Assembly (NCBI GenBank): GCA_965208325.1
Contig: OZ242326.1
Span: 3,296,001 to 3,360,000, forward strand
Length of the DNA stretch: 64,000 nt
Direction of reading: 5' to 3'
Source: Candidatus Poribacteria bacterium
GTDB taxonomy: Bacteria > Poribacteria > WGA-4E > PCPOR2b
Shown: positions 37,456 through 49,584 of the stretch, piece after piece
Layout: each line of letters begins with the position of its first letter
How positions within the stretch are numbered: position 1 is the stretch's first letter
Program-made: the position numbers and the translations under genes
Notes under the pieces: generated by a model
Told to the model about the DNA's origin: nothing
Database searches by the model: none
The model's input: the letters and a program-made list of their open reading frames with translations, nothing else

Positions 37456-39681
37456 ATGAAGGTAGAAATGCAACTTGGAGAGGAAAAGCTGTCGATCGAG
37501 ACAGGGAAGGTCGCGAAACAAGCGGATGGCGCTGCTTGGGTGCAATATGGCGGAACGGTGGTTTTAGTGACTGTCGTTGCGGATAAGCGGGAAAGCAACT
37601 TAGATTTTTTTCCTTTAACCGTTGACTATCGTGAGAGAGCCTATGCTGCAGGGAAGATTCCAAATGTTTATGGGAGACGAGAGCCGCGTCCCGGAATGCG
37701 GGAACGCTTGGTTGCGCGTTTAGCGGATCACTGTATTCGCCCGCTTTTTCCGAAAGATTTTAAACCTGAAGTACAGATTTTGGCGACGGTACTTTCTTCA
37801 GATCAGGTTCACCCGGCGGATGTACCTGCTTTAATTGGGACATCGGCGGCGTTGAGCATTTCGGATATACCGTTTAATGGTCCGGTCGGGGCGGTTACGG
37901 TAGGAAAACTGGATGGCAGATTGGTTATTAACCCAACCTATGAAGAATTGGAAGCGTCTGAGCTAGAACTCTTTGTGAGCGGCAACACATCCGCGGTAAT
38001 GTCCGTTGAAGGCGGGGCTGACGAACTCCCAGAAGATGAAATAATTGATGCCATCGTTTTTGCCCATGAACAAATCAAAGAAATTATCAAACTTCAGGAG
38101 GGTTTGGTTGCATTATGCGGAAGACCTCCGCGAGAGTACCAGACAAAGGAAATTGATGCGGAACTGAATGCACAGGTTCGGAATCTCGCAACGGAAAAAA
38201 TCCGTGCGTCAATTGGTATGACGAACAAACAGGATCGCGAGGCTTACCTTGAGCAGGTGCAGGAAGAAGTTCTGTCAGAAATCTTGGACGAGAACGAGGA
38301 ACCAGACAGCGCCGTATCACAAAACGCCATCTCCGTATTGAGCGAAATTGAGAAAGAGGAGATGCGGCGTTCTATTTTGGATGAAGGCAAACGCGCCGAT
38401 GGACGCGGCACCAAGGAAATTCGCCAGATTGCGGGAGAGATTTCTCTTCTTCCGCGAGTACACGGTTCGTCACTATTCACACGCGGGCAAACCCAGGCGC
38501 TTTGTGTTGTAACGCTGGGTACTTCGGGAGATGCGGATGTGGAGCGGGGGCTAATAGGGGAAATCAGCCGCCCGTTCTTTTTGCACTATAATTTTCCGCC
38601 GTTCAGCACTGGTGAAGTGAAACGCATGATGGGGCCGGGGCGAAGGGAAATGGGTCATGGCGCGCTGGCGCAAAGGGCGCTTGAACCCGTTATTCCCTCG
38701 AAGGAGGAGTTTGCATATACGGTCCGCGTCGTTGCAGATATTCTTGAATCAAACGCCTCATCTTCAATGGCAACTGTATGCGGTGCCACTTTGGCGTTGA
38801 TGGACGCAGGTGTGCCTATAAAGAAACCGGTTGCCGGAGTTGGCGTGGGCTTGATCAAAGAAGGCGATCAGGAGATTATTTTGACGGACATGCTTGGCGC
38901 CGAAGACTTCCTTGGGGATATGGATTTTAAGGTTGCGGGTACGATGGGCGGCGTAACCGCCATTCAGATGGACATTAAGATTGACGGTGTAACGCCGGAG
39001 TTAATGCGAAAGGCTATCCATCAGGCTAGGGAAGCCCGCGTGATTGTCCTAGACAAGATGGGCGAGGTCATTGCGGAACCGCGTGAAGAACTTTCCCCGT
39101 ACGCGCCACGAATTTATTACCTGCAAATTTCGCCAGCGAAGATTAAGGATTTAATTGGTCCCCGCGGCAAAGTTATCCAGGGAATTCAAGAAGAAACGGG
39201 TGTGACAATCAATGTAGAGGACGATGGAAAAGTTGAGGTGGCATCAACAAGCGCGGAAGCCGCTAAAAAAGCGGAAGAGAGAATTCTTGCGGTGACGGCC
39301 GTGCCGGAAATCGGCAAAGAATATGCCGGGAAAGTAATTCGGACCACGTCGTTTGGTGCTTTTGTTGAAATACTGCCGGGTCAAGACGGCCTTATTCATA
39401 TTTCGCAAATGGGCGATGGTTATGTCCGACAGGTTGAAGATGTAATGAACGTGGGTGACGAAGTCGCTGTAAGCGTATTGACAATTGATGAACAGGGCCG
39501 CGTTGATTTAAGAATGGCAAATGATGGGCCGTCGGCTGAATCAAGCCCGCCAGACCGGAGTGCGCCGCGCGGCCGTCGAGGAGGACAACGCGACTCTCGT
39601 AACAATCGGAATGGCCGCAACGAAAATCCACGCGAGTCACAGCGTCGCGGACCGCCGAGAATTCCTAAAGGACGCGTTTAA
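37456..39681 (+). CDS. pnp: Polynucleotide phosphorylase
   Basis: DFFPLTVDY, FTRGQTQ, GDMDFKVAG, KH and S1 domains. Confidence 0.99.
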   Translation: MKVEMQLGEEKLSIETGKVAKQADGAAWVQYGGTVVLVTVVADKRESNLDFFPLTVDYRERAYAAGKIPNVYGRREPRPGMRERLVARLADHCIRPLFPKDFKPEVQILATVLSSDQVHPADVPALIGTSAALSISDIPFNGPVGAVTVGKLDGRLVINPTYEELEASELELFVSGNTSAVMSVEGGADELPEDEIIDAIVFAHEQIKEIIKLQEGLVALCGRPPREYQTKEIDAELNAQVRNLATEKIRASIGMTNKQDREAYLEQVQEEVLSEILDENEEPDSAVSQNAISVLSEIEKEEMRRSILDEGKRADGRGTKEIRQIAGEISLLPRVHGSSLFTRGQTQALCVVTLGTSGDADVERGLIGEISRPFFLHYNFPPFSTGEVKRMMGPGRREMGHGALAQRALEPVIPSKEEFAYTVRVVADILESNASSSMATVCGATLALMDAGVPIKKPVAGVGVGLIKEGDQEIILTDMLGAEDFLGDMDFKVAGTMGGVTAIQMDIKIDGVTPELMRKAIHQAREARVIVLDKMGEVIAEPREELSPYAPRIYYLQISPAKIKDLIGPRGKVIQGIQEETGVTINVEDDGKVEVASTSAEAAKKAEERILAVTAVPEIGKEYAGKVIRTTSFGAFVEILPGQDGLIHISQMGDGYVRQVEDVMNVGDEVAVSVLTIDEQGRVDLRMANDGPSAESSPPDRSAPRGRRGGQRDSRNNRNGRNENPRESQRRGPPRIPKGRV

Positions 39682-39761
39682 CTATTAGGGCTTGGGTGTT
39701 GCGGGAATTGTCTGATTCTAACCTTTTATTCTATGCTCATACTTGATGAAAGCCGTGTGAG

Positions 39762-40037
39762 ATGCAACCAAAAAGACCGATTCGGGCAAAAAGAGATTTA
39801 CTGGATCAGAAATGGTTGACCTATTTCTTAATCTTTGTATTACTCCTGTTAATTGCAATCTTTGTACTGTCCTTGAGGTATCAAGATTCGATTGTCCGAC
39901 ATGCAAAACGGCTACTGCATCATGCGAAGCAGTTACTAAATAGAAAAAAAAGCGAACCTCCCCGTCCACGTCCGATGGGAATGCGGCAAAGTGAGAAAGC
40001 GGCACCTACGCCAAGTTTCTCACTTTGCATCGCATAG
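39762..40037 (+). CDS. Small hypothetical single-TM protein
   Basis: Hydrophobic stretch WLTYFLIFVLLLLIAIFVL; co-oriented with its neighbours. Confidence 0.4.
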   Translation: MQPKRPIRAKRDLLDQKWLTYFLIFVLLLLIAIFVLSLRYQDSIVRHAKRLLHHAKQLLNRKKSEPPRPRPMGMRQSEKAAPTPSFSLCIA

Positions 40038-40102
40038 TGCATCTCTCACCCACCCATCTTCTTTTTGTCCGCCGGAAAATTTACAAGGCAGGAGCACATC
40101 AG

Positions 40103-40642
40103 ATGTCTGAAAATAAACAATCCTTTATATCTCAATGTGTTCTGATTACGGCGCTATTAATATTGCCCAATTTCATCTTCGGTTGCGGCTATGTGTCAAC
40201 CTCCTCTTATCTTGAACATATCAAGACTGTTAATATCCCGCTAATTTCTATTGAAGATCCAGACTTTTCTTATGACGCGGATTCAGGGACAACCTACGAT
40301 GAAATCATTACCGAGCAACTGAGGGATCGGTTTAACCAGAAATGGCGCGACGGCAACGATGCACAACTTGACATGGTTATACTCGACTACGACTTGGAAC
40401 CGATTCAGTATGATGTCAACAATAATCCGTCTCAATTTCGCATGAGTTTGCAGATTGAATACGAGTTTCGGGATCGCGTGCAAAACAGGATTATTGATCG
40501 TCAGGAGAACTATATACAAGTCCACGACTTCTATATTACTTCAGTTACAGGCGAGGAACCGGAGACTCGCCAGGAAGCAACGACACGGCTTATTCGAGAA
40601 CTAACTGATGATCTTTACAACCAGCTCGCTGAACAGTGGTAA
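40103..40642 (+). CDS. LptE-like lipoprotein
   Basis: Lipobox-like FIFGCGY followed by HIKTVNIP; GGAG RBS. Confidence 0.65.
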   Translation: MSENKQSFISQCVLITALLILPNFIFGCGYVSTSSYLEHIKTVNIPLISIEDPDFSYDADSGTTYDEIITEQLRDRFNQKWRDGNDAQLDMVILDYDLEPIQYDVNNNPSQFRMSLQIEYEFRDRVQNRIIDRQENYIQVHDFYITSVTGEEPETRQEATTRLIRELTDDLYNQLAEQW

Positions 40643-40645
40643 ATT

Positions 40646-41686
40646 GTGGGCGGAAATATCGGAAATTCAGGAATGGGAACGCGGCGGCAGTATCTCTGGT
40701 TTTTTCTTACCATTTACGCATTAATCTTTCTCTCATGCCGCGCAGAACAGGGCAATTACACCGCCGTAAATCATGACGGCCACTATCTTTATGGAGTATG
40801 GCATGCCCATACATCCAAAGCGGCAGAGAACCTCTCACGCCAAATAGCGACTGCCTGCGCAGCAAATCCTCCGCAAATTGAGCAACTTTCAATAATCACC
40901 GTCGACAAATCGATAAATCTCTTGCCAAAAAACGGGGAAGCATCCGATTGGGTGCGCTCACGGACACCGAGTACTTATACGGGTCAAAATCTGTATAAAG
41001 ATGTGATCGGCGGCAACGCTGGATTGTATCATTCCTACGGATTTGTCGAAGCGGCATATGTTGAGTACCAAACCCCCAAGCTTGGATCGAAACCCCTGAT
41101 TTTGGTGGAAGTCTTCGACATGGGAACACCTGAGAAAGCCTTTGGCCGCTTTAGCTTCGATCGCTACCCACAAGATAACCACGAGTGGGTCGGCAGCAAA
41201 GCAATCATCTCCGGCGATACGCTTAGTTTTTGCAAGGGGAAATATTTTATACAGATTGAAGGTTATGAGTTTGCGAGTGCGATTAAAGGCGGCATGAAGG
41301 CACTTGCCCGAGTGATTGCCAAGCGCATCAAGGATGCACCAGACTCAAAACCGGTGCTACTGAGGTTGCTTCCCCGAAAAAATCAAGTGCGGTATAGCGG
41401 AAAATATTTTGTATCGGACTCACTGTTACGGGAGATATATCGCTTCCTGCCGGAGAATGAGTTAAACCTGGGGTCGAACGCTTCTACCGTTTCCGCGCAG
41501 TATCACCATAAATCTTCCAAAAAACCCACAGATTTAGCTTTGCCAGATGCAATGATTGGATTTATCAGCCGGTATGACAATGCGTCTGATGCAAAAGGAG
41601 CTTACGAAGGTTATCAAGGTTACCTCAATGAAAACGCAACCGTTGTCGATACAACGCAATCTGGCGGGATTATTGCCAAGCATTAG
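40646..41686 (+). CDS. Putative lipoprotein (DUF6599-like)
   Basis: FLSC lipobox; NLY...GNAGLYHSYGF, VEVFDMGTPEKAFG, F.KGKYFIQI. Confidence 0.55.
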   Translation: MGGNIGNSGMGTRRQYLWFFLTIYALIFLSCRAEQGNYTAVNHDGHYLYGVWHAHTSKAAENLSRQIATACAANPPQIEQLSIITVDKSINLLPKNGEASDWVRSRTPSTYTGQNLYKDVIGGNAGLYHSYGFVEAAYVEYQTPKLGSKPLILVEVFDMGTPEKAFGRFSFDRYPQDNHEWVGSKAIISGDTLSFCKGKYFIQIEGYEFASAIKGGMKALARVIAKRIKDAPDSKPVLLRLLPRKNQVRYSGKYFVSDSLLREIYRFLPENELNLGSNASTVSAQYHHKSSKKPTDLALPDAMIGFISRYDNASDAKGAYEGYQGYLNENATVVDTTQSGGIIAKH

Positions 41687-41847
41687 CGCAATTACTGGCA
41701 CGAACCTCGTCTTGGCTGCCACTACACGGCGTGAGTTAAACGAGGAAACCGATTGTATCTATCGACCGCAAATTTGTTATACCTGTCCTTTAGGACAGGT
41801 TTGGGTGTTTGAATAGATTCCGCTTATTTTTCTTCAGTAAATTCATC

Positions 41848-42945
41848 ATGCAAGAAAGCCTGAAACGCACGCCGCTCTACGACATACACAAAAAACTCGG
41901 CGCGAAACTAATTGAATTTGGCGGTTGGGAGATGCCGGTCCAATATAGCGGCATAATTGATGAACATTTGGCGGTCAGGTCAAACTTGGGGATATTTGAC
42001 CTTTCACACATGGGAGAGATTGAAATTCGAGGTGCGGGCGCTTTGCCGCTGATTCAGAAACTCATCACCAATGACGCAGAACACAAACTCGTTGATGGAC
42101 GGATTCTCTATTCCCCGATGTGCAATGAAACTGGCGGCATTGTCGATGATGTAGTGGTTTATCGTTTCCAAGCTGACCGGTATATGCTTGTTGTGAACGC
42201 GACGAACATCGGGATGGACTTTGATTGGATATGTGGTCACAATGACACCGGCGCGGAAATTGAGAACCGAAGTGATGAAACTGTGCTTATTGCGCTGCAA
42301 GGACGGAATGCCCCGACGGTTTTGCAAAATCTTACCAATACCGAAATCTCGGCGCTCAAATACTTCTGGTTTACCGAAGGAGAGGTTGCCGGTGTGCCGA
42401 CGGTTATTTCACGGACAGGGTATACAGGCGAGGCCGGATTCGAGCTTTATGCGAATGCGGATTGCGGTACAGATTTGTGGAATGCCATCTATGAAGCAGC
42501 GGCTACAATTAGCGGTAAACCCGTTGGATTGGGCGCAAGGGACACATTGCGGCTTGAGATGAAGTATTGCCTGTACGGAAACGATATCAACGAGACAACA
42601 ACGCCGTTGGAGGCGGGATTGAATTGGACAATTTCCTTTGATAAGAAGGATTTCATAGGCCGAGATGCGCTAATCAAACAACGTACCCAAGGGATAAAAC
42701 GCCGCTTGGCAGGGTTTCAGATGTTGGATCGCAGTGTTGCACGCCCTCACTACGCGGTTTACAACAAAAACCAACACATCGGGGCGGTTACGAGCGGCCT
42801 GCCGTCACCGAGTTTGAAATGCAATATTGGGCTTGCATACCTTCCCGTCGAACACAGCAAGATTAACACGAAAATCGAAATCGACATTCGAGGGAAACGC
42901 CATCCGGCGAAGGTTGTACGTACGCCGTTTTATCAACCTGATTGA
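41848..42945 (+). CDS. gcvT: Glycine cleavage T protein
   Basis: FGGWEMPVQY, FDLSHMG, SRTGYTGE.GFE, GLGARDTLRLE. Confidence 0.98.
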   Translation: MQESLKRTPLYDIHKKLGAKLIEFGGWEMPVQYSGIIDEHLAVRSNLGIFDLSHMGEIEIRGAGALPLIQKLITNDAEHKLVDGRILYSPMCNETGGIVDDVVVYRFQADRYMLVVNATNIGMDFDWICGHNDTGAEIENRSDETVLIALQGRNAPTVLQNLTNTEISALKYFWFTEGEVAGVPTVISRTGYTGEAGFELYANADCGTDLWNAIYEAAATISGKPVGLGARDTLRLEMKYCLYGNDINETTTPLEAGLNWTISFDKKDFIGRDALIKQRTQGIKRRLAGFQMLDRSVARPHYAVYNKNQHIGAVTSGLPSPSLKCNIGLAYLPVEHSKINTKIEIDIRGKRHPAKVVRTPFYQPD

Positions 42946-42954
42946 GGAGTAAAG

Positions 42955-43356
42955 ATGCCAGAAGAACAAAAATTTCCTGAAGACCTAAAATACCGCGAGA
43001 CTCACGAATGGGCTAGGCGCGAAGGCGGCATTGTCACAGTCGGTATTAGCAACTATGCACAAGAAGAACTTCAAGATGTCGTCTACGTTGAGCTGCCAGA
43101 AGCCGGAGCAGCCGTAGCTTTGGAACAAGAGTTTGGTGTCATCGAATCCGTTAAAGCAGCATTTAATCTCTGGCCGCCGGTCAGCGGCGAAGTTATTGAG
43201 GTGAATGCAGAGCTCGAAGATGCGCCGGAGTTAATAAACGAACATCCCTACAGCTTAGGTTGGCTGATTAAGATTCGGATGAACAATCCGGACGAGTTGG
43301 ATAACCTCTTGTCCCCTGATGAATACCGGACACTCGTCGAAGGGGAGAGAGATTGA
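42955..43356 (+). CDS. gcvH: Glycine cleavage H protein
   Basis: THEWAR, IESVKA lipoyl-lysine motif. Confidence 0.98.
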   Translation: MPEEQKFPEDLKYRETHEWARREGGIVTVGISNYAQEELQDVVYVELPEAGAAVALEQEFGVIESVKAAFNLWPPVSGEVIEVNAELEDAPELINEHPYSLGWLIKIRMNNPDELDNLLSPDEYRTLVEGERD

Positions 43357-46289
43357 CCGATCGGATAACCCCAACTTCCAACGCCGATGAGCGTCAGACT
43401 TCAAGGCACCTCCCCTTTACAGACAATTTTGTTGACCGCCATATTGGCCCTCGCGAGGACGAAGTAAATCTGATGCTCGAAAAAATTGGGTATGCTTCAC
43501 TAGACAAATTGATTGAAGATATCGTACCCGCAGATATTCGTCTAGGCCGCCCTCTTAATCTCGGCAAGGGCAAAACCGAATATGAAGCCCTTGAGGCGTT
43601 GAAAGATATTGCTTCTCAAAACAAGGTGTTTCGAAGTTTTATTGGAATGGGATATCACAATTGCATTACCCCGCCGGTTATCCGGAGAAACATCCTTGAA
43701 AATCCCGGGTGGTATACACAGTACACACCGTATCAGGCAGAGATATCACAAGGCCGGCTCGAAGCTTTGTTAAATTTTCAAACGATGATAATTGACTTGA
43801 CCGGCCTCCCCATTGCGAACGCCTCGCTTTTGGATGAAAGTACCGCCGCCGCTGAGGCGATGGGAATGTGCCTCGCCGTCAAAAAACCTAACGCGAGGCG
43901 GCAATTTTTTGTTTCAGAATCGTGTCATCCCCAAACTATTTCTGTCCTTCAGACTCGTGCAGAGCCTCTGGGGATAGAACTCCTTATCGGCGATCATCGG
44001 GAAGTTACGTTCGAATCCGCCCCTATTTTGGGTGCGCTTGTTCAATATCCTGCAAGTGATGGCGAGGTTTATGACTATTCTGATTTTGCTAAACGAATCC
44101 ATGATGTGAATGGGCTGTTGGTAGTGGCTGCGGATGTGCTGAGCCTGACATTATTGGCGTCTCCAGGCGAATTCGGTGCGGATATTGCGGTCGGATCCAC
44201 CCAACGGTTTGGCGTGCCGATGGGATACGGCGGTCCTCATGCAGCTTATTTCGCAACCAGAGAAGAATTCAAGCGCAAGACACCGGGGAGAATGGTAGGC
44301 GTTTCAGAGGACGCAGAAGGGCATCCTGCACTGCGTCTCGCGCTTCAGACACGTGAGCAGCACATCCGGAGAGAAAAAGCCACAAGCAACATTTGTACGG
44401 CGCAAGTGTTATTGGCGGTGATGGCGAGTATGTACGCTGTTTATCATGGGCCCAATGGACTTCGGAGAATTGCCGAGCGCATTCATTTGCTGACGTGTGC
44501 GCTCCGCGAAGGATTGGAGCGGTTAGGATATTCCTCCGGCGGCAGCCCGTTCTTTGATACGCTCAAGGTCAATTTAAATTCAGTCAATCTCAAGGACATT
44601 TTGTCCGCGGCGCGTGAAAAGCAGATTAATATTCGAGTTCTTGATTGCTCGCACGCCGGAGTTTCGCTTGATGAAACAAGCTCTCTTCGGGATGTACATG
44701 ATCTTCTTGAGATATTCTCACTCGGGAAAAATCTCCCCTTTGAAGTTGAAGATTTAGTTGATATACATGCCGCAAAAACCCCAACCGCACTTCAGGATTC
44801 GGCACACATTCCTAAACCATTACGGCGAAAGAGTTCCTATCTTACGCATCCCGTTTTCAATATCTATCACTCCGAAACGGAGATGTTGAGGTACATCCAG
44901 AAACTTCAGGAAAAAGATTTGTCATTGGTAACATCGATGATTCCGCTCGGATCCTGCACGATGAAACTCAATGCCACGGCTGAAATGATTCCTGTCACAT
45001 GGCCCGAATTCAGCCATCTTCATCCGTTCGCCCCGCTTGAACAGGCGGCGGGATACCAAATTCTCTTTAAGCAGCTGGAATCGTGGCTTGCAGAAATCAC
45101 AGGATTCGCCGGTATCTCTCTACAGCCTAACGCCGGATCCCAGGGCGAGTACGCGGGACTTTTGGTCATCCGCAAATATCATCTGCGCCAGGGCGAAGGA
45201 CATCGCAACGTTTGCTTGATTCCCCAATCTGCCCACGGCACAAACCCTGCGAGCGCAGTGATGGCAGGGATGAGAGTAGTGGGGGTAATCTGCGATTCCG
45301 ACGGCAATATCGATCTTGCGAATCTTCGGGCGAAGTCTGAGGAACACCATCAAAATCTTGCGGCAGCAATGGTTACTTACCCATCCACTCATGGCGTTTT
45401 TGAAGAACAGATTATGGAAATTTGCGATATCGTCCACGAACACGGTGGACAGGTCTACATGGATGGGGCAAACATGAACGCCATGGTAGGTCTGTCTCGT
45501 CCGGGTAATTTCGGTCCGGACGTGTGCCATCTGAATCTGCACAAGACTTTTTGTATTCCTCACGGCGGCGGCGGCCCTGGCATGGGGCCGATTGGCGTTA
45601 AGGAACATCTGGTTCGTTTTCTCCCAACCCATCCGGTGGCGGCGGTTGGGGGTGACGATGGGATTGGTGCAATTTCAGGCGCGCCTTGGGGCAGTGCCAG
45701 CATCCTTCCAATCTCCTGGGCATACATTGCAATGATGGGCGCCGAAGGGTTAAAGCGGGCAACCGAAGTGGCAATTTTAAATGCGAACTATGCCGCCAAA
45801 ACTCTTGAACCGCATTTCTCGATACTTTACAAAGGGAAACAAGGATTGGTAGCACACGAATGCATAATTGACCTTCGTGATTTCAAAAAGAGTATCGGTG
45901 TTGGTGTGGGCGACGTTGCAAAGCGGTTAATGGACTACGGTTTTCACGCGCCGACGGTATCGTGGCCAGTTCCTGAAACCATGATGATTGAACCGACTGA
46001 AAGCGAATCCAAGGCGGAATTGGATCGGTTTAGCGAAGCGTTGATTTCCATCCGGCAAGAAATATCTGAAATTGAGGCGGGAACGGTAGACCGGTCTGAC
46101 AATGTACTTAAAAATGCACCCCACACTGTTAAACACGTAACGCGGTCCGCGTGGGGTCATGGATATTCTCGAGAAAAAGCGGCGTTTCCAGCGCCGTGGA
46201 CAAACGAACGTAAATTTTGGCCCCCCGTGGCGCGGATAGATGAGGTATTCGGAGACCGTAATCTTATTTGTTGGTGTCCTCCCGTGTAG
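43353..46289 (+). CDS. gcvP: Glycine dehydrogenase (single-chain P protein)
   Basis: [32 protein letters not shown]. Confidence 0.99.
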   Translation: MTDRITPTSNADERQTSRHLPFTDNFVDRHIGPREDEVNLMLEKIGYASLDKLIEDIVPADIRLGRPLNLGKGKTEYEALEALKDIASQNKVFRSFIGMGYHNCITPPVIRRNILENPGWYTQYTPYQAEISQGRLEALLNFQTMIIDLTGLPIANASLLDESTAAAEAMGMCLAVKKPNARRQFFVSESCHPQTISVLQTRAEPLGIELLIGDHREVTFESAPILGALVQYPASDGEVYDYSDFAKRIHDVNGLLVVAADVLSLTLLASPGEFGADIAVGSTQRFGVPMGYGGPHAAYFATREEFKRKTPGRMVGVSEDAEGHPALRLALQTREQHIRREKATSNICTAQVLLAVMASMYAVYHGPNGLRRIAERIHLLTCALREGLERLGYSSGGSPFFDTLKVNLNSVNLKDILSAAREKQINIRVLDCSHAGVSLDETSSLRDVHDLLEIFSLGKNLPFEVEDLVDIHAAKTPTALQDSAHIPKPLRRKSSYLTHPVFNIYHSETEMLRYIQKLQEKDLSLVTSMIPLGSCTMKLNATAEMIPVTWPEFSHLHPFAPLEQAAGYQILFKQLESWLAEITGFAGISLQPNAGSQGEYAGLLVIRKYHLRQGEGHRNVCLIPQSAHGTNPASAVMAGMRVVGVICDSDGNIDLANLRAKSEEHHQNLAAAMVTYPSTHGVFEEQIMEICDIVHEHGGQVYMDGANMNAMVGLSRPGNFGPDVCHLNLHKTFCIPHGGGGPGMGPIGVKEHLVRFLPTHPVAAVGGDDGIGAISGAPWGSASILPISWAYIAMMGAEGLKRATEVAILNANYAAKTLEPHFSILYKGKQGLVAHECIIDLRDFKKSIGVGVGDVAKRLMDYGFHAPTVSWPVPETMMIEPTESESKAELDRFSEALISIRQEISEIEAGTVDRSDNVLKNAPHTVKHVTRSAWGHGYSREKAAFPAPWTNERKFWPPVARIDEVFGDRNLICWCPPV

Positions 46290-46370
46290 ATTTTTGGGGC
46301 GTTCAACAGGATGCATCTAGAGATATCAAAACTTGTTGTGCCTTAAAGCTCGACGTAAACTTGAACAGGT

Positions 46371-47750
46371 ATGAAAGCAATCGTCATAGGTGTGGGAGAG
46401 TTCGGATTTCATGCAGCAAAGCTGTTGACCGCCGAGAACAACGACGTTGTTCTGATTGACCAGTCGGAGACAGCTTGCCGGCGTGCTCAGGAACAGCTAG
46501 ATCTCTCGACACTCCAAGGTTCAGGGGCTTCACCCCCCTTACTAAAACAAGCTGGCATCCAAGACGCCGAGTTACTTATTGCTGCAACGAACTGCGATGA
46601 AATAAACTTACTCGCGTGTTTGATCGCTTCCAAACATGGAGTCGAGACGAAGGTTGCGCGCGTTTCGTCTCCGGACTACTTCGCGAACAGTGAAGATTTA
46701 TCGCCGCAGGACTTTGGAATTGACCTGCTCATCAATCCGGACCAACTCTGTGCACAAGAACTCTTGCGGCTGCTCAATATGCCGGAAGCGCGTGAAATTG
46801 TCGAATTCGAAGACGGCAAGGTACAGTTGGTTGCATTTCAGGTGAATGCCTCCAATCCGCTCCAGGGCAAAACGCTAAGCCAGATTGGAAGGGAAGGCGC
46901 AGCTTGGGGAAATAAAGAACTCACGTCGAACATACTATTCACGGCGATAAAACGTAAGGATGGCGCGACGATTATTCCAAAAGGGGGAGACCGCATCTTA
47001 GTAGGCGATGAAGCGTTTGCAATCGGAAGCCGCGACGCGGTTATGCATCTACTCGAACTTTCCGGTGTGTCCTTGAATCGAAAACTCAAGCGGGTAATAA
47101 TCGTCGGTGCCGGGCGAATTGGTATTTATCTGGCGCAAGCCCTCGAAAAGGGCGGGGTTCAAGTCAAAATGATTGAGTCGGACCGTAGGTTGGCCGAAGC
47201 TGCATCAACCATTTTGAATAAAACCACGCTGCTCTACGGAAATTACCTGCAGCCCGGTTTCTTGGAGCAAGCCGGTGTCAACGAAGCGGATGGATTTGTT
47301 TCCGTAACGGGCGATGATGAAAACGATATTATGGCGTGTGTGACAGCCAAGCAGAACGGCGCTGCCCGTGTGGTTGCACTGGTTCAAAAACCACGTTACT
47401 TGCCAATCCTTGCATCTATTCCCACACTTGATGCGGCGGTGAGTCTCCACCTAAATGCAGTCAACAACAGTCTCCGGCTTATTCGCCGCGGGCCCGTGGT
47501 GTCTGCGGCATCGTTGCGAGAGGTTGACGCGGAAGTCATCGAGCTTGTTGCGGGTATCAACTCAAGAGTTACGCACAAAGAGATTAACCACTTGAAATTG
47601 CCCGATGACGCTTTGATTGGCGCAATTGTTCGGCGCGATCGAGTTTTTGTTCCGACAGGTGACCTCGTGGTTCAAGTGGGGGACCGTGTCATTATCTTCA
47701 GTTTACCAGATGCAATCCCTGCTGTCGAAGCACTGTTCTCAGAGAAGTAA
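46371..47750 (+). CDS. trkA: Trk K+ uptake NAD-binding subunit
   Basis: Two RCK_N domains (G.G..G) plus RCK_C domains. Confidence 0.95.
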   Translation: MKAIVIGVGEFGFHAAKLLTAENNDVVLIDQSETACRRAQEQLDLSTLQGSGASPPLLKQAGIQDAELLIAATNCDEINLLACLIASKHGVETKVARVSSPDYFANSEDLSPQDFGIDLLINPDQLCAQELLRLLNMPEAREIVEFEDGKVQLVAFQVNASNPLQGKTLSQIGREGAAWGNKELTSNILFTAIKRKDGATIIPKGGDRILVGDEAFAIGSRDAVMHLLELSGVSLNRKLKRVIIVGAGRIGIYLAQALEKGGVQVKMIESDRRLAEAASTILNKTTLLYGNYLQPGFLEQAGVNEADGFVSVTGDDENDIMACVTAKQNGAARVVALVQKPRYLPILASIPTLDAAVSLHLNAVNNSLRLIRRGPVVSAASLREVDAEVIELVAGINSRVTHKEINHLKLPDDALIGAIVRRDRVFVPTGDLVVQVGDRVIIFSLPDAIPAVEALFSEK

Positions 47751-47930
47751 TGGCGAAAGTTAAAACACAACGCCTTGATTGGCTGATTCGACTGTAACGT
47801 CATTTTGATGTAATCCTGAAGCATTGATGCCGCAAAAACGATTAGTTTTGAATCATGAAACCACGCTTGACGGGTTTCTCTATATGCTTTCTCGCGCATA
47901 GGAAAAATGGTATAGTCTGCTCCTGATGCT

Positions 47931-49466
47931 GTGAATTTAAGATTAGTACGGTACACGCTTGGCAATTTACTGGTATGTCTTGCGGCAACGATGCTATGCC
48001 CGCTGCTGATAGCTGTGTACTATCAATCGGCAAAGGGCGAAACGGATTTACGAGCGTTTATCTACTCCTTTCTCATCACGCTCCTCGTCGGACTAGCACT
48101 CCGTCTGAGGACTAAATCCGGTCAAGAACTTGGAAACAAAGAAGGGTTTGCCGTTGTCACATTAGGTTGGGCGGTTATCGCCCTGTTTGGGTCGTTCCCA
48201 TATTATTTTTACCATGTGTTCGAGGGGGCGGGGAGAAATTGGCTGGCTGAATTTTCTTTTTGCTACTTTGAATCCATGTCGGGGTTCACAACAACCGGCG
48301 CAACCGTTCTCACCGAAATCGAGCATCTTCCCCATGCCATTCTTCTCTGGCGAAGCTTGATGCATTGGCTTGGCGGAATGGGCATTGTTGTGCTTGCGCT
48401 GGCGATATTGCCGATGTTGGGCGTCGGCGGGATGCAGCTTTACCGCGCTGAAGTTCCGGGGCCCAGTAAGGATCGATTAACACCGCGCATCGCACAAACC
48501 GCCAAACTGCTTTGGGTGGTTTATGTTCTGATTACGTTTGTAGAAGTCATGCTTCTCTGGATTGGCGCTACCAAGTTTGTTGCCCCTGAGCTTCGCGCAC
48601 CTACGGGAGAAGCGTTATTTGATGCATTCTGCCACGCATTCGGTACGATGGCGACCGGCGGCTTCGCAACCAAAAATTCGAGCATCGGGCATTATGACAG
48701 CGTTTTTATTGACGTGGTCGTCATCATCTTCATGTTCATTGCCGGGGCAAGTTTTTCCTTACACTATCGGGCTTTACGCGGTAATTTCAAGAGTTACCTG
48801 CAAGATGCCGAGTTTCGGTTTTACTGCCTCATGATCATCCTTTGTACGGGGTTAATCGCTTGGAACACGGCGAGGGTCAAAGTTGGTGAGGAGGTCGTCT
48901 ACGGTTCGATTGGCACAGCGCTGCGCTACGCATCTTTTCAAGTCGTATCCGTTATCACGACAACAGGATTCGGCACCGCAGATTTTGAACGGTGGCCTTA
49001 CTTATCCCAAATTATCTTAATTGTATTGATGTTCTTCGGTGGGTGTGCTGGTTCAACAGGGGGCGGGATTAAGCATGTGCGTTTTTTGCTGCTCATCAAG
49101 CAGGGGTACACAGAGATTAAACGGTTAATACTCCCGCACGCCGTCTTGCCTATTAAACTCAATGATAGGGTGGTTCCGCCGGAGGTCATGACGCACATCC
49201 TTGGGTTTTTCTTTCTATTCGTCGGAATTTTCACGATTGCGACTTGCATGATGGCAACGCTAGGCATGGATTTAGCTAGTGCAGCCGCGTCCGTTATTGC
49301 AACGATGGGGAACATCGGCCCCGGTTTCGGATCTGTAGGGCCCGCGGACAATTACGCACATGTCCACCCGCTGGGGAAATTTATCCTCAGTTTTTGCATG
49401 TTATTAGGGCGTCTGGAACTTTACACCGTATTGGTTTTATTCTCACCGGAGTTATGGAGAAAGTGA
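47931..49466 (+). CDS. trkH: Trk K+ uptake membrane subunit
   Basis: SGFTTTGAT, ATGGF, TTTGF and GNIGPG pore loops; GRLEL. Confidence 0.96.
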   Translation: MNLRLVRYTLGNLLVCLAATMLCPLLIAVYYQSAKGETDLRAFIYSFLITLLVGLALRLRTKSGQELGNKEGFAVVTLGWAVIALFGSFPYYFYHVFEGAGRNWLAEFSFCYFESMSGFTTTGATVLTEIEHLPHAILLWRSLMHWLGGMGIVVLALAILPMLGVGGMQLYRAEVPGPSKDRLTPRIAQTAKLLWVVYVLITFVEVMLLWIGATKFVAPELRAPTGEALFDAFCHAFGTMATGGFATKNSSIGHYDSVFIDVVVIIFMFIAGASFSLHYRALRGNFKSYLQDAEFRFYCLMIILCTGLIAWNTARVKVGEEVVYGSIGTALRYASFQVVSVITTTGFGTADFERWPYLSQIILIVLMFFGGCAGSTGGGIKHVRFLLLIKQGYTEIKRLILPHAVLPIKLNDRVVPPEVMTHILGFFFLFVGIFTIATCMMATLGMDLASAAASVIATMGNIGPGFGSVGPADNYAHVHPLGKFILSFCMLLGRLELYTVLVLFSPELWRK

Positions 49467-49584
49467 ATTAACGTCGCGATACGAAATCATTAAAGTGCAT
49501 GTAGGATAGGTTGAACGGTTACACAACCCCTATATTTGACTCTACAGGAATTCAGCAGTTATTAGCTTTAGCCGCTTATCAATT

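Noticed and set aside
41687..41847. Glycine riboswitch before gcvT
   Set aside because: No GGAGA...CCGAAG...CTCAGG aptamer pattern; only a short hairpin (CCTGTCC-ttta-GGACAGG).
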